In this document: piece after piece, positions 53,057-63,401 of the stretch
How the letters are laid out: every line of letters begins with the position of its first letter
Numbering within the stretch: the stretch's first letter is position 1
Origin: Candidatus Marinacidobacterales bacterium
GTDB taxonomy: Bacteria; Acidobacteriota; Vicinamibacteria; Marinacidobacterales; DATDRI01
Length of the DNA stretch: 64,000 nt
Direction: 5' to 3'
Assembly: GCA_965219415.1 (NCBI GenBank)
Contig: CBDCNP010000002.1
Location: 4,544,001-4,608,000, forward strand
Translations under genes and position numbers: made by a program
Notes under the pieces: model-generated
What the model was told of the DNA's origin: nothing
The model's database searches: none
What the model saw: the letters and a program-made list of their open reading frames with translations, nothing else

Positions 53057-54319
53057 ATGACCAGGCAAACACGTACTGTGTCAGAGCTAGCCCGATTAAC
53101 TGGACGCCCGCTCGACGATGTGCTTTTAGAGTTGGTCGATTGTGGCTTCGACGTTGAATCACCATCAGATTGCCTCAAAAATGGGCGATTGACTTCTGCA
53201 AAGGTAGCGCTGAAGCTGTCCTCTGGACCTTCACGCCTTGTAAGTGATCTGTCAAAAGAGGCCGGACTATCAGAAGGCCAAACGCGGCAAATACTCTACG
53301 AAAAAAAAGTTCTTGCTAAAAGGCGACTGAAGCGCGTACCGAGGCCATTATTAAAAGAGGCTAAAGCAGCTCTTGGAATTAGCAAGCCACAGGATCACAA
53401 AAAGGCCGAGGTTCCTATAGCGTCACAGCAACCTAAGCCGCGAAGGCCCAAACAACCTAAGCCGCGAAAGCCCAAACAACCTAAGCCGCGAAAGCCCAAA
53501 CAACCTAAGCCGCGAAAGCCCAAACGTCCGTCGAAAGAAGCCTGGCCGAAAGTTGGTAAGAAGGAAGACCTAGTACATTTGACCGCTGCCGACATCGTAG
53601 CGATACATGTTCTCTTGGTCAAAGATTTCGCCAAGTCAAAGGACCCGATTGTTCCGGCAGGAGTCAGGGATGAAAAATTACTTGAATCTGCAGTTTTTCG
53701 GCCGCATACATCACTCGGAGAAGAGGATAAGTACCCCACGGCATCCATGTCGGCCGCCGCTTTGCTGCACTCTATTGTTCAAGACCATCCGTTTTTCAAT
53801 GGAAACAAGCGCACAGCACTAGTTTCGATGCTAGTATTTCTCGATAAGAACGGTTGGGTATTCACCCTGGACGAGGATGACATCTATGACTTTGTGATCG
53901 CATTAGCGTCTCATCAGCTTATAGAGAATGTGTCAGCTGAGAAACAGCCTTCTTCTGATGAGGAAGTTCTCAAAGTGTCCCGTTGGCTTCAGAACCACAT
54001 TAGGAAGCTCAGAAAAGAAGAATACACCCTAAAATTCAGGGAATTTAGGGCAATTCTGAATTCCTATGGCTGCGAACTAGAGCTTGCTAGGCGTGTCGGG
54101 AACAGAATCAATGTCCGTAGAGACGACCTTCACTCGCAGATCGCCTACAGAAACGAGGGGGCTGATGTGGACCGAAATACTATACACAAAGTTCGGAAAG
54201 AGCTAGGCCTGGATGAGAAGAGCGGATATGACTCAGATATTTTCTACAACAAAGGACCCAAGATTCCGCGTTTCATCAACAAGTACCGTAAAGTGCTCGA
54301 TCGGCTGGCTAAAGTCTAG
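53057..54319 (+). CDS. Fic/Doc-family protein with additional N- and C-terminal domains
   Basis: HPFFNGNKRTA Doc-type motif; GVRDEKLLESAV. Confidence 0.85.
   Translation: MTRQTRTVSELARLTGRPLDDVLLELVDCGFDVESPSDCLKNGRLTSAKVALKLSSGPSRLVSDLSKEAGLSEGQTRQILYEKKVLAKRRLKRVPRPLLKEAKAALGISKPQDHKKAEVPIASQQPKPRRPKQPKPRKPKQPKPRKPKQPKPRKPKRPSKEAWPKVGKKEDLVHLTAADIVAIHVLLVKDFAKSKDPIVPAGVRDEKLLESAVFRPHTSLGEEDKYPTASMSAAALLHSIVQDHPFFNGNKRTALVSMLVFLDKNGWVFTLDEDDIYDFVIALASHQLIENVSAEKQPSSDEEVLKVSRWLQNHIRKLRKEEYTLKFREFRAILNSYGCELELARRVGNRINVRRDDLHSQIAYRNEGADVDRNTIHKVRKELGLDEKSGYDSDIFYNKGPKIPRFINKYRKVLDRLAKV
53429..53524 (+). repeat. 4 x 24-bp in-frame tandem repeat (QPKPRKPK)
   Basis: CAACCTAAGCCGCGAARGCCCAAA x4. 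Confidence 0.95.
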
Positions 54320-54326
54320 GGAAATC

Positions 54327-54355
54327 GTTTCCCGCGCACGCGCGGGGATGGACCC
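54327..54355 (+). CRISPR. Single orphan type I-E-like CRISPR repeat (29 bp)
   Basis: GTTTCCCGCGCACGCGCGGGGATGGACCC with hairpin CCCGCGC/GCGCGGG; no second repeat seen. Confidence 0.6.
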
Positions 54356-54376
54356 TCGGTAGTCGGCATTGCTCGT

Positions 54377-54712
54377 ATGGTGCAAAAACTCAGCCGGTCA
54401 TCTTCCGCAGCGGTAAGTGATTTCGGCTAAGATGCTTGCGATGAGCACATTTGTCTCGCCACAAATCTTCCTGGTCTCGCTCCTGGCCGGTTGGCTGAAC
54501 CAGGAGCAGCAGAAGCTCCTCGAGTATCTTGCAGGAGGAGAACCGTCACCGTTTCGTCGGCGGAAGGACGACGTGGGGGCAGTTTCTTCGGAGTCACTGG
54601 GACACCCTTGCCGCTGCCGATTTCTTCACCACCGAAATCTGGACTCCCGCAGGTCTGGTTACGTTCTACGTCTTGTTCGCGATTCAGCTGAAGACCCGCC
54701 GGGTCCATATCT
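54377..54712 (+). mobile_element. Remnant of another CGT-end rve IS
   Basis: TCGTATGGTGCAAAAACTC end; [33 protein letters not shown]. Confidence 0.75.
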
Positions 54713-54719
54713 CGATACC

Positions 54720-55122
54720 CGGACGCCAAGGCATCGCCCTTGCGGCTGTCCAGTACCGCCTGTCGTAACTCGTTGTACGTCCAGGTTGAGACGTGCGAGG
54801 CGTAGTCAATGAGCTGCGCGACGACGGTTCGGCGCGCCTCGGGATTCCGCCAGAGTTTCGTTTCGACGAGCGTCAAGTAGCCCTCGTCGTTCATGAAGAC
54901 CAGATCGATGAACCCACTCCCGACCCGCAACTCACGCGCCAGCGGGTGCAGCCGATCAAAGATCGGCTCGATGTCTCCGACAGGGATCAGCGTCGGGTGT
55001 GCGAACAGCAAAGCTTGCAGGTCGGCCTCCTTAAACGTTCGCTCGTCGAGTGGAACGTGACGAAGCACCGTTGCCGTGCCGTTGCGGATGAGAACTGGTG
55101 TCACGAACTGTCTGGCTTTCAT
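54720..55122 (-). pseudogene. Truncated duplicate of the 8710-9978 nuclease gene
   Basis: Near-identical to 9576-9978. Confidence 0.9.
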
Positions 55123-55368
55123 CGGGGACCGCCCTTCTCATTGAAGCCAGCCAGCCAACGGGACTGCGATTGACCTTGTCCCCGCTCGGCGCAGAGTTGC
55201 TGCAAGGACACTTGCAACGTCTTGGACACGTCAACCATACAGATTCTCCTCTCGGCTCGGTGAACACGCGGCACGTGGTGCTTGCGCTGTTTACTGTTGG
55301 TGATGTGCACGCATCCGCGGATTCCAAGGGCGTCTAAGCTGCTGATTTGTGGTCTATTTCAAAAGGGC

Positions 55369-56626
55369 TGAAGTGACCCCGCTTTCGTGGACAGGTTAAG
55401 AGTTAGGGATCAAGCGTCGCGATAGTACCTCCTTTCGAATTGGATAGGCGAGCAATAGTCGATGGCGGAGTGTCGTCGTCGCGGGTTGTACCAGCCTTCG
55501 ATGAAATCGAAGGTCGCCATGCGCGCCTCAGCGTGGTAGCGAAACGACCGGCGCTCGATCAGCTCGCACTCGAGCGTCGCGAAGAAGCTCTCGCACATCG
55601 CATTGTCGTAACAGTCCCCGACCGAACCCATCGACGGTCGCACCCCGGCCTCCCGGCATCGCTGGCCGAACGCTAGTGACGTGTACTGCGTGCCCTGGTC
55701 CGAGTGATGGATGACGTCGCCGGGCTTGCGTTGGAACAGCGCCATGTCGAGGGCGCTCAAGACGAGCGACGTCCGCAGGTGGGTAGCCATTGCCCATCCG
55801 ACGATGCGTCGGCTGAAGGCGTCCAGCACGACGGCGAGGAACAAGAAGCCCGACCACGTGGGCACGTAGGTGATATCGGCGACCCACAGGCGGTCGGGCC
55901 GGTCCACCTCGAAATTCCTGTCGACGAGGTCGGGGGCGGGACGGGCGTCGTCACAGCGAATCGTAGTGTGCGCCCTCTTGCGCCGGTGAACACCTTGAAT
56001 GCCAGCCTCGCGCATCAGCCGCGCTACACGCTTGCGTGAGACGTGGAGCTCGTGTGTCTCTCGTAGCTCGTGGAGAATCCTCGGCGCGCCGTACGTGCTC
56101 CGCGACGCGGTGTGAATCGCCCGGATCTTCTCAAGCAACTCCGCATCCGACACCGCGCGGGCCGACGGGGCACGCTCAAGCCACGCATAGTAGCCGCTGG
56201 CGGAGACGTCCAGCAGTCGGCACATCGTGGCAACCGGTAGTGAATCCTGGTTCGCCCTCACGAATCGGAAGGCTTCGGTGGTACCGACTCGGTCTCCCGA
56301 GCGAACCAGGCCGCGGCTTTTGAGAGGATCTCCCGCTCCAACCGTAGTTGACGGTTCTCCCGTCGCAGGCGGCGGAGCTCCGCACGCTCCTCACTCGTCA
56401 GACCGTCCTGCCTGCGACCCTCGTCGAGATCCGCCTGGTTCACCCAGTTCCGGATCGTCTGGCCCGAGGGCTCAAACTCTCGCGCCAGCTCTTCGGAGCC
56501 GCGGCCAGCTCGCACCAGCTCTACCATTTGGCGCCGGAATTCGGCCGCGTATCTGTTTCCCTGCTTTGACATCGTGGACTCCTGTCTCCCAAAGGATTAG
56601 GTGTCCACGAAAGCGGGTCAAGTCCA
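55369..56626 (-). mobile_element. IS3-family element, copy 2 (orfA 56258-56572, orfB 55410-56261)
   Basis: Near-identical to 17499-18756; 4-bp target duplication GGGC. Confidence 0.93.
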
Positions 56627-57066
56627 GGGCCGAGTTTTGGCACAGGACGGGAGCGCACCTTGCGCTCGGACTTGAGGTAACTATTCGCTGGCTGGGAACG
56701 GCAGTAGATTCTCCTTGCCTTGATGATTCCCGTCGTGTCCAAAAACACAAACGAACTCAAGACTCACGCGCCGGGCCGTTTCGTATTAGACGTGTCTACG
56801 CTTGGTTCGCCAATGGAAGCTAGAATCCTCAGTGATGAGCACGCCGAGCCAGCCCTTGACATTGTTGGTCCTCGCCATGGCTACATCCGTAGGAATCTGG
56901 ACCGTGTTTCAGTTCCAGTGTGGCCGTCTGCTCTTTTAGGGCAGCGATACCGTTCTGGTTTGTCAACTTCGTGTAAGGCCATTAGAATAGCGCCGTTTGA
57001 GTATCGCTCGAAGCTCAACCACCTAATACGTCGAGTTAGCTGCAAACGAAAAAGGAGACTTGAGGA

Positions 57067-57384
57067 ATGGCGAAAAAACCCATGACCCAAACCCAAATCG
57101 TGGCTCAGATGTCGGAAACAATGCAGGTTCCGAAGAAGCAGGCCGCTGCATGGTTCAAGTCGATTGCCGATCTCGCGGTAAAGGAAACGAAGCGAACGGG
57201 CCAGTTCGTCATTCCCGGAATCGGAAAACTCGTGAAGTCGAAACGAAAGGCTCGCAAGGGACGCAATCCCCGGACCGGCGAACAGATTCGAATCCCTAAA
57301 AAGACGGTGGTCAAGTTTCGAGTAGCGAAAGCTTACCAAGACGCCGTCGTCCCACCGAAGAAGAAGCTCACAAGCGACGCCTGA
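57067..57384 (+). CDS. hup: HU-family DNA-binding protein
   Basis: IPGIGKL..RKARKGRNPRTGEQIRIP..VKFR; AGGAG RBS. Confidence 0.9.
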   Translation: MAKKPMTQTQIVAQMSETMQVPKKQAAAWFKSIADLAVKETKRTGQFVIPGIGKLVKSKRKARKGRNPRTGEQIRIPKKTVVKFRVAKAYQDAVVPPKKKLTSDA

Positions 57385-57607
57385 GAATGTTCTACTGATC
57401 CTGGCGGTCGTTTCCTGCACGAGTGTTGGGTTGTCGTGGCACTATAGTGCATCTCCTTGGAGGTAGAGCTGTTCAGACATTGCGCCACAGGTGCTTCCGC
57501 CATCAAGTGTTGGTAGCTGCCACGTAACCCGTTCGTGTGCTAGAGGTTGAGCCTGATTTCGAGAGAAGCAGTTCTTTCGGCGATGCGGGCTGGGCTGACC
57601 ACACGGT

Positions 57608-58096
57608 TGTCCATCATCATTGTTAATCCGAGACTGGACTCTAGGGCCCGGACCGCCCTCAAGCACATGCTGGAGAGCGTGGTCAGCGCGCGAGGGAAGG
57701 TGCTGAGGACGAACTTCTCGGCGACCAGCCGAGTAACGCGAGCGACCAAGCTGCCTCTCGCCACTCGTATCGATGGTGCAGTCCACCGACTCGCGGCAGT
57801 GCGACTACTTTCGCCGTAGGAGACGGTCGGTGCGTGACCGTTCTCAAGCTCGGTGTGTCCTTGTTCAGCCCCAAGTGGCAACGGTCCTCATGATAGTAGC
57901 TGATGTAAGCTCGCACGAGCCGGATGAGATGACATGCCCCGAGAACCACGACGTGCTCAAGGAGCTCGCGACGGCAGCTGCCGACCCACCGCTCCGCGGT
58001 TCCGTTTTGCCATGGGCTGCGAAACGAAGTGCGAACGGGTTTTGTGCCCGTTGCCTTGATGAACTCGATGACCGCAGCGTTAAAGATGAAGTCGCG
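57608..58096 (-). mobile_element. rve IS copy 8, 3' part only
   Basis: Right terminus plus transposase C-terminus. Confidence 0.85.
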
Positions 58097-58101
58097 AATC
58101 G

Positions 58102-58923
58102 ATGAGGAAGAGCGACGAGGAAAAGTACCTGAAGTTCTGGAGCCAGTTCGGCAAGGCCTTGAAAGAAGGGGTTACGGAGGATCTCGAGAATAAAGACAAG
58201 CTCGTCGAACTCCTGCTCTTTGCTTCTTCCAATGACGCCGAGAAGCTGGTGTCCCTGGCAGATTACGTGTCGCGAATGAAGGAGGGGCAGGAGGCAATTT
58301 ACTATCTGAGCGGTGAGTCCCGCGCTGCTATCGACAGTTCGCCTCACCTCGAGGCATTCCGGGCCCGAGACATCGAGGTCCTGTACCTCACCGATCCTGT
58401 CGACGAGTTCCTCGTCCAAGTCCTTGCCGACTACAAGGAGAAGAAGCTCCGGTCGGCGGCGAAGGGCGAAGTGGACCTCGGTTCAGAGGAAGAGCGTCAA
58501 GAGAAGAAGAGGGAGCTAGACTCTAAAGCGAAGAATTTTGCGGCTATGATGGAGAGAATTCAAAAGGTGCTCGACGACCGAGTCAAGGAAGTGCGCCTCT
58601 CGACCCGTCTCACGGATTCGCCGGCCTGCCTCGTGGGCGGCGAGGAGGATGTGAGCCCTCGTCTCGAGAAACTCCTGCGCCAGCAGGGCGACGTGCCTCC
58701 CCAGCGACGTATCCTCGAGCTGAATCCGTCGCACGACGTCGTGATCGCGCTCAAGGCGCGGTCCGACGTCAACGAGGACAGTGAAAGCGTTCCCGAATAC
58801 GCCGAGCTACTTTACGGCTACGCCCTACTGGCGGAGGGCGCCGATATTTCGGACCCGGCGAAGCTCGCCGCCCGCTTTGCGGAGCTGATGCGTCGCGGCC
58901 TTGGAATTGGCGGGGGCGGTTGA
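58102..58923 (+). pseudogene. htpG: HtpG (Hsp90) C-terminal third, 5' truncated
   Basis: FGKALKEGV, YVSRMKEGQEAIYY, SPHLE, RLTDSPACLV, ILELNPSH. Confidence 0.88.
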
Positions 58924-59321
58924 GCTCGTGAAGGCATTGTCAAGTTTTCCACGGCCTGACGGCCACCCCGAATGCATGAAACGCGGTTAGTCGCTGGAGG
59001 TGGCACCGGCTCAACACGACGCCTGAGGGAGCTCGGTTTTGACGTCACTCTCACACCTCTTGACAACGTTACACCCTGAGTTTCTTATTAGTTAAGCAGA
59101 ATCGGGCTGTCATCGTACGGAAGCCTCGGGGCCGCCGTGTTCGGAGGACTGCCCGGACAGATAGGTCGCGCAATCATCGGCGGCATTGGTCCCGTCTGGT
59201 CAAAATACTCAAACGCCCAGTGGGTCAGCAGTTTGCACCTCACGGCTTGGCGGGTTGCTAAGTTTCTATCATCGGGAAGCCGCATGAGGGTGGGCTTGAT
59301 CCGGTTTCGTAGACGGTTTAG

Positions 59322-59961
59322 TTAAGCTGGCGAAGTCCTCATCCGTCGTTCAAACTCGGCCGGACTGACCTGGCCGAGGGTCGAGTGTCGTCGTCTCTGG
59401 TTGTAGAATACCTCGATGAAGTCGAAGAGGGCCATCTTGGCCTCGCCGCAACTTAGGAAATGCTCCCCAAGCTCGTGCTTGACCGTGGAGAACCAGCTCT
59501 CGATGACGGCGTTGTCATAGCAGTTGCCCCGTCGGCTCATGCTCCCGGTCATGCCATGCGTCTCAAGGAGACGTTGGTAGTCTTTGCTGGCATACGGACT
59601 GCCCTGATCGGAGTGATGCAAGAGCCCCGCGGCCGGTTGGCGACGTTTCAGTGCCATCCCGCAACGCCTTGATAACCAGGTGACGGTCGTTAATAGCACT
59701 TACGGCCCACCCAACGAGGAATCGCGAGTAGAGGTCGAGGAGCGCCGCGAGATAAAGCTTCCCGCCGCTGCCGATCACGAACTCGGTCGTGTCCCCGACC
59801 CACCGTTGGTTCGGCGCATCGGCGACGAAGTCTTGCCCGAGCACATTGGCCGCGACGGGCTGGCCATGACCGCTTACCGTCGCGCGCTTGAAGCGTTTTG
59901 CGTACTCGAGCAATGAGGCCTTCTGCCTGTTTCAACCGAATCACCCGCTTCCGACTCACTC
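59322..59961 (-). pseudogene. IS3-family orfB remnant, frameshifted
   Basis: PNQRWVGDTTEF, HHSDQGS, SRRGNCYDNAVIESWF. Confidence 0.8.
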
Positions 59962-60062
59962 GGTGCTTCCGCCATCAAGTGATGGAATGGACTCCTCCAC
60001 TGACATAGACGGCATCGATGTGCCAAAGTCAGTCGAATACGCATCGAAAAGGAGGAGTCCGA

Positions 60063-61094
60063 ATGAAAGATACAACGATCGCTGTGGATCTTGCAAAGAA
60101 CGTCTTCGAGATTGCCATCTCGGGAGAAGCGGGGAAGGTGTCCAAGCGACTCCGTGTGAGTCGACCCAAATTGGTGTCGTTCTTTGCCAAACAGAGCGCT
60201 GCCACCGTGCTTCTCGAAGCCTGCGGCTCGGCTCACTTCTGGGCAAGGACGTTCCGAAGGTTGGGACACGACGTCGTCCTGCTCCCACCTCACCTCGTGA
60301 GGCCGTATCGACGCGGGAGCAAGAACGACCGCGCCGACACGAAGGCGTTGCTCGAGGCCTACAGGAACGAGGAGCTTCTTCCCGTACCCATCAAGTCCGT
60401 GCACCAGCACACCCTCGCCGCGCTCCATCGCCTGCGCTCAGGATGGCTCTCCACACGGACCGCACGCATCAATGCCGTACGCGGGCTCCTGCGCGAACTC
60501 GGATTCATCATCCCAAAGGGCGCTCACTTCGTCGTGCCCGCCCTCTTCGAACTCGTCGAAGACGCTGATTCTGATTTGCCCGACGTGCTCCGTTCGCATC
60601 TCCGTGATGCCTGCTCCGAGATTCGAGAACTCAAGGACAAGTGCGCTAGCATCGAGCACGAGCTCAAGGCGCTCACCAAGCAGCTTCCTGAAGTCCAACG
60701 ACTTCTCGCCATTCCCGGCATCGGACTTCTGACCGCGACCGCCATCGTGGGCTTCGTCGGCGATCTTCGCCGCTTCCCATCGGGGCGCCGCTTCTCGAGC
60801 TACCTCGGCCTAGTTCCCAAGGAAAACTCCAGTGGCGACATTCGCCGCCTCGGACGCATCACCAAGCGTGGCGACTCCTACCTCCGTATGCTCCTCACCC
60901 AGGGCGGGCGCGCCGTGCTCCGCGCGGCGAACGTCAGCAAGAGCCCGCCCGACAAGCTCCGCGCCTGGGCTCGGAAGGTCCACCGCTCGCGGGGACACAA
61001 CAAGGCCGTGATTGCTGTCGCCAACAAACTCGCCCGGATCGTCTGGGCCGTCTCCACCCGCGAGAGTGAATTCCAGTCGCCGGTGGCCGCTTAG
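60063..61094 (+). CDS. IS110 DEDD recombinase/transposase
   Basis: AVDLAKNVF, LEAC, KNDRAD, IPGIG, YLGLVPKENSSG, ANKLARIVW. Confidence 0.93.
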   Translation: MKDTTIAVDLAKNVFEIAISGEAGKVSKRLRVSRPKLVSFFAKQSAATVLLEACGSAHFWARTFRRLGHDVVLLPPHLVRPYRRGSKNDRADTKALLEAYRNEELLPVPIKSVHQHTLAALHRLRSGWLSTRTARINAVRGLLRELGFIIPKGAHFVVPALFELVEDADSDLPDVLRSHLRDACSEIRELKDKCASIEHELKALTKQLPEVQRLLAIPGIGLLTATAIVGFVGDLRRFPSGRRFSSYLGLVPKENSSGDIRRLGRITKRGDSYLRMLLTQGGRAVLRAANVSKSPPDKLRAWARKVHRSRGHNKAVIAVANKLARIVWAVSTRESEFQSPVAA

Positions 61095-61159
61095 ACTTAG
61101 AGGCTCCACTTTCGTGTTTTCCTTTTTCCCTTCCAAAAGAGGCTGCGACGATACCCATC

Positions 61160-61325
61160 CAACTGATGGCGTACCGGTCGGACCGGCGCGGGGTCAAGCC
61201 AATAGCAACACTGGCCCTAAGAGGCCGTTCAAAGTGATTGGCTCCTCGCGCGCGGATTTTCCATCATGGCCCGGAGCACCCAAGACGCTCCTCACTGAGG
61301 CCGAAGATACGTTTGCAGTCTGACC
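61160..61325 (+). ncRNA. Predicted bridge/seek RNA of the IS110 element (boundaries approximate)
   Basis: Loop 1: GCCAAT..ATTGGC stem enclosing TAGCAACACT and AAGTG (target match). Loop 2: TTCCATCAT and AGATA (donor-junction match). Confidence 0.75.
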
Positions 61326-61409
61326 CACCCGTCACGACGCGATGGATGCGCAGCTTCGATGGAAGATTTATTAAGAAAGGGGCTTGACTAGAGGAGTCCA
61401 GATATGTTG

Positions 61410-62477
61410 CTACGCGGCTGCGGGCAGTGGTACAGGTGCGGAAGAGACCGGGTTGCGCGCCCTACTGAGCACGAAAACCTCGATCCGCGACCACAAAGGA
61501 ATCGTCGTCGCCAAGAAGATGTCTCGAAAGGTGAGCCGTCGCGTGGTCAGACCAGCCTGCATAGCCGGAGTTCGGATCTCACGTCCGAACTTCAGAGTTC
61601 CGTGCGGTCGGACGAAGTTGTAATAGCAACGGAGCAACTCCAGGTGCTCATCGAGCCTCTCCGTCGAGCGAGCGTGGGAAAGCGTTCGTCTCGAAAGGTA
61701 TGCCGAGCTTTGCCGGATGGTCAGATTCAACCGCTCGATGAACGACGTGTTCAATGTCGAAGAGTCCTCGGAGTTATTCAGCGCGTCTTCGAATCGCCAC
61801 GCGGCTCCGTGCAGCGCTCTGCGTTCGACCTTGATGATGCGATCGTTCCTGCGCGTTTTTAGGACCTGGCCGTAGAGACACGCTGGACCGAAGAAGCGAC
61901 GGATGACCTTCTGGTAGAATTCGAATCCATCCGTGACGATCAAGGGAAGACGCTCGAAATTCATCCGCTTCGAAAGGTCGCGAAACAGAGCGTGAGTGTT
62001 CCGGTAGCTTCGCCTTCCCGTCACCGTCGATGGCCAGAGCCGAGACCAGACTTCGATTGTAACGAAGACCCAACTCGGTGTCTTCTTGTTGCCCGCGAAC
62101 GTGCGAATCTCGTCGGCTTGAAGCTCTTCGGCAGCGAAGCCAGCGATCCTCCTGTGATTGAATCGACGACACATTTGGGCTGCCTTCTCGAGCCAGCGGG
62201 CGACGGTGTTCCGGGCAATCCCTTTGATCCGGGAAATCGAGGAAATGCTGACACCCTCGACTCTGAGAGCGATGACCCCATCGAAAGTAGCTCTTCGATG
62301 TTGGAGACGGTAGTAGGGCGTGCCTTTCGTCGAGGAGAACGTCTTTCCGCACTCGCCGCACCGGTATCGACGGCGTTTCCCGGACCTGGTTCGGTAGAAT
62401 CCGTGGCGAACGATGTTTCCGGAACTGACTTTGCCCTGCAACGGACATGCGAGATTGAGACATCTGCGATTCTTCAC
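61410..62477 (-). CDS. IS1-family transposase (zinc ribbon + HTH + DDE)
   Basis: CLNLAC..RYRCGECGKTF, QADEI, IVTDG, NTSFIERLNLTIR. Confidence 0.82.
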   Translation of the reverse strand: MKNRRCLNLACPLQGKVSSGNIVRHGFYRTRSGKRRRYRCGECGKTFSSTKGTPYYRLQHRRATFDGVIALRVEGVSISSISRIKGIARNTVARWLEKAAQMCRRFNHRRIAGFAAEELQADEIRTFAGNKKTPSWVFVTIEVWSRLWPSTVTGRRSYRNTHALFRDLSKRMNFERLPLIVTDGFEFYQKVIRRFFGPACLYGQVLKTRRNDRIIKVERRALHGAAWRFEDALNNSEDSSTLNTSFIERLNLTIRQSSAYLSRRTLSHARSTERLDEHLELLRCYYNFVRPHGTLKFGREIRTPAMQAGLTTRRLTFRDIFLATTIPLWSRIEVFVLSRARNPVSSAPVPLPAAA

Positions 62478-62586
62478 TTTGGCTCGGCCCTGACGATGAG
62501 AGAACTGTGTCTTCGGAATTCTGGTCCAAACTCTAGCACGCAGACCGGTTAGGGGCTGGCCGCCAACACTTAATTGCGGAAGCACC

Positions 62587-63302
62587 CTTTCTTGCGCAAC
62601 CATAAAGACGATATCGCCGCCATGGATCTGTTCACCGTGCCCACCGCGTCGCTCCGGCTGCTGTACGGCTTCTTCGTCATCGAGCACGGCCGTCGGCACA
62701 TCGTTCACTTCAACGCCACGTTCCACCCGACGTCTGCTTGGGTTATTCAGCAACTGCGTGAGGCGTTTCCCTACGACACCGCTCCGAAATATCTCATCTT
62801 CGATCGCGACTTCATCTTTAGCGCTGCGGTCATCGAGTTCATCAAAGCAACGGGCACAAAACCCGTTCGCACTTCGTTTCGCAGCCCATGGCAAAACGGA
62901 ACCGCGGAGCGGTGGGTCGGCAGCTGCCGTCGCGAGCTCCTTGAGCACGTCGTGGTTCTCGGCGCATGTCATCTCATCCGGCTCGTGCGAGCTTACATCA
63001 GCTACTATCACGAGGACCGTTGCCACTTGGGGCTGAACAAGGACACACCGAGCTTGAGAGCGGTCACGCACCGACCGTCTCCTACGGCGAAAGTCGTCGC
63101 ACTGCCGCGAGTCGGTGGATTGCACCATCGATACGAGTGGCGAGAGGCAGCCTGAGTCAGCTTGGTCGCTCGCGTTACTCGGCTGGTCGCCGAGAAGTTC
63201 GTCCTCAACACTTTCCCTCGCGCGCTGACCACGCTCTCCAGCATGTGCTCAAGGGCGGTCCGGGCCTAGAGTCCAGTCCCGGACAAATAATGATGATGGA
63301 CA
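62587..63302 (+). mobile_element. rve IS copy 9, 3' half
   Basis: Matches 2646-3361; 5' half replaced by the IS1 element. Confidence 0.87.
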
Positions 63303-63401
63303 ATCAACTCATGAGCGAAGACGCTGTTATCGTCGATGTCGGAGGCATCGATCTAAATGACGGGAACGTAAAAACCGCGTACGTTCGGATCCGGCTCCGA
63401 A

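Larger units (their letters stand above)
59982..61406 (+). mobile_element. IS110 family (IS1111 group) element
   Basis: Sub-terminal IRs TGGACTCCTC (59988) and GAGGAGTCCA (61391); TG core at both junctions; long 3' non-coding region. Confidence 0.9.
59962..62586 (-). mobile_element. IS1-family element whose right TIR is interrupted by the IS110
   Basis: GGTGCTTCCGC termini at 62586 and 59962; uninterrupted right end seen at 21910. Confidence 0.82.

Noticed and set aside
61384-61406. Junction promoter formed on IS110 circularisation
   Set aside because: TTGACT is present, but no good -10 hexamer appears at 16-18 bp spacing in the predicted junction.
61410-63128. 572-aa fusion protein
   Set aside because: The N-terminal 217 codons are antisense rve IS plus the IS1 left end; the real gene likely starts at GTG 62477.
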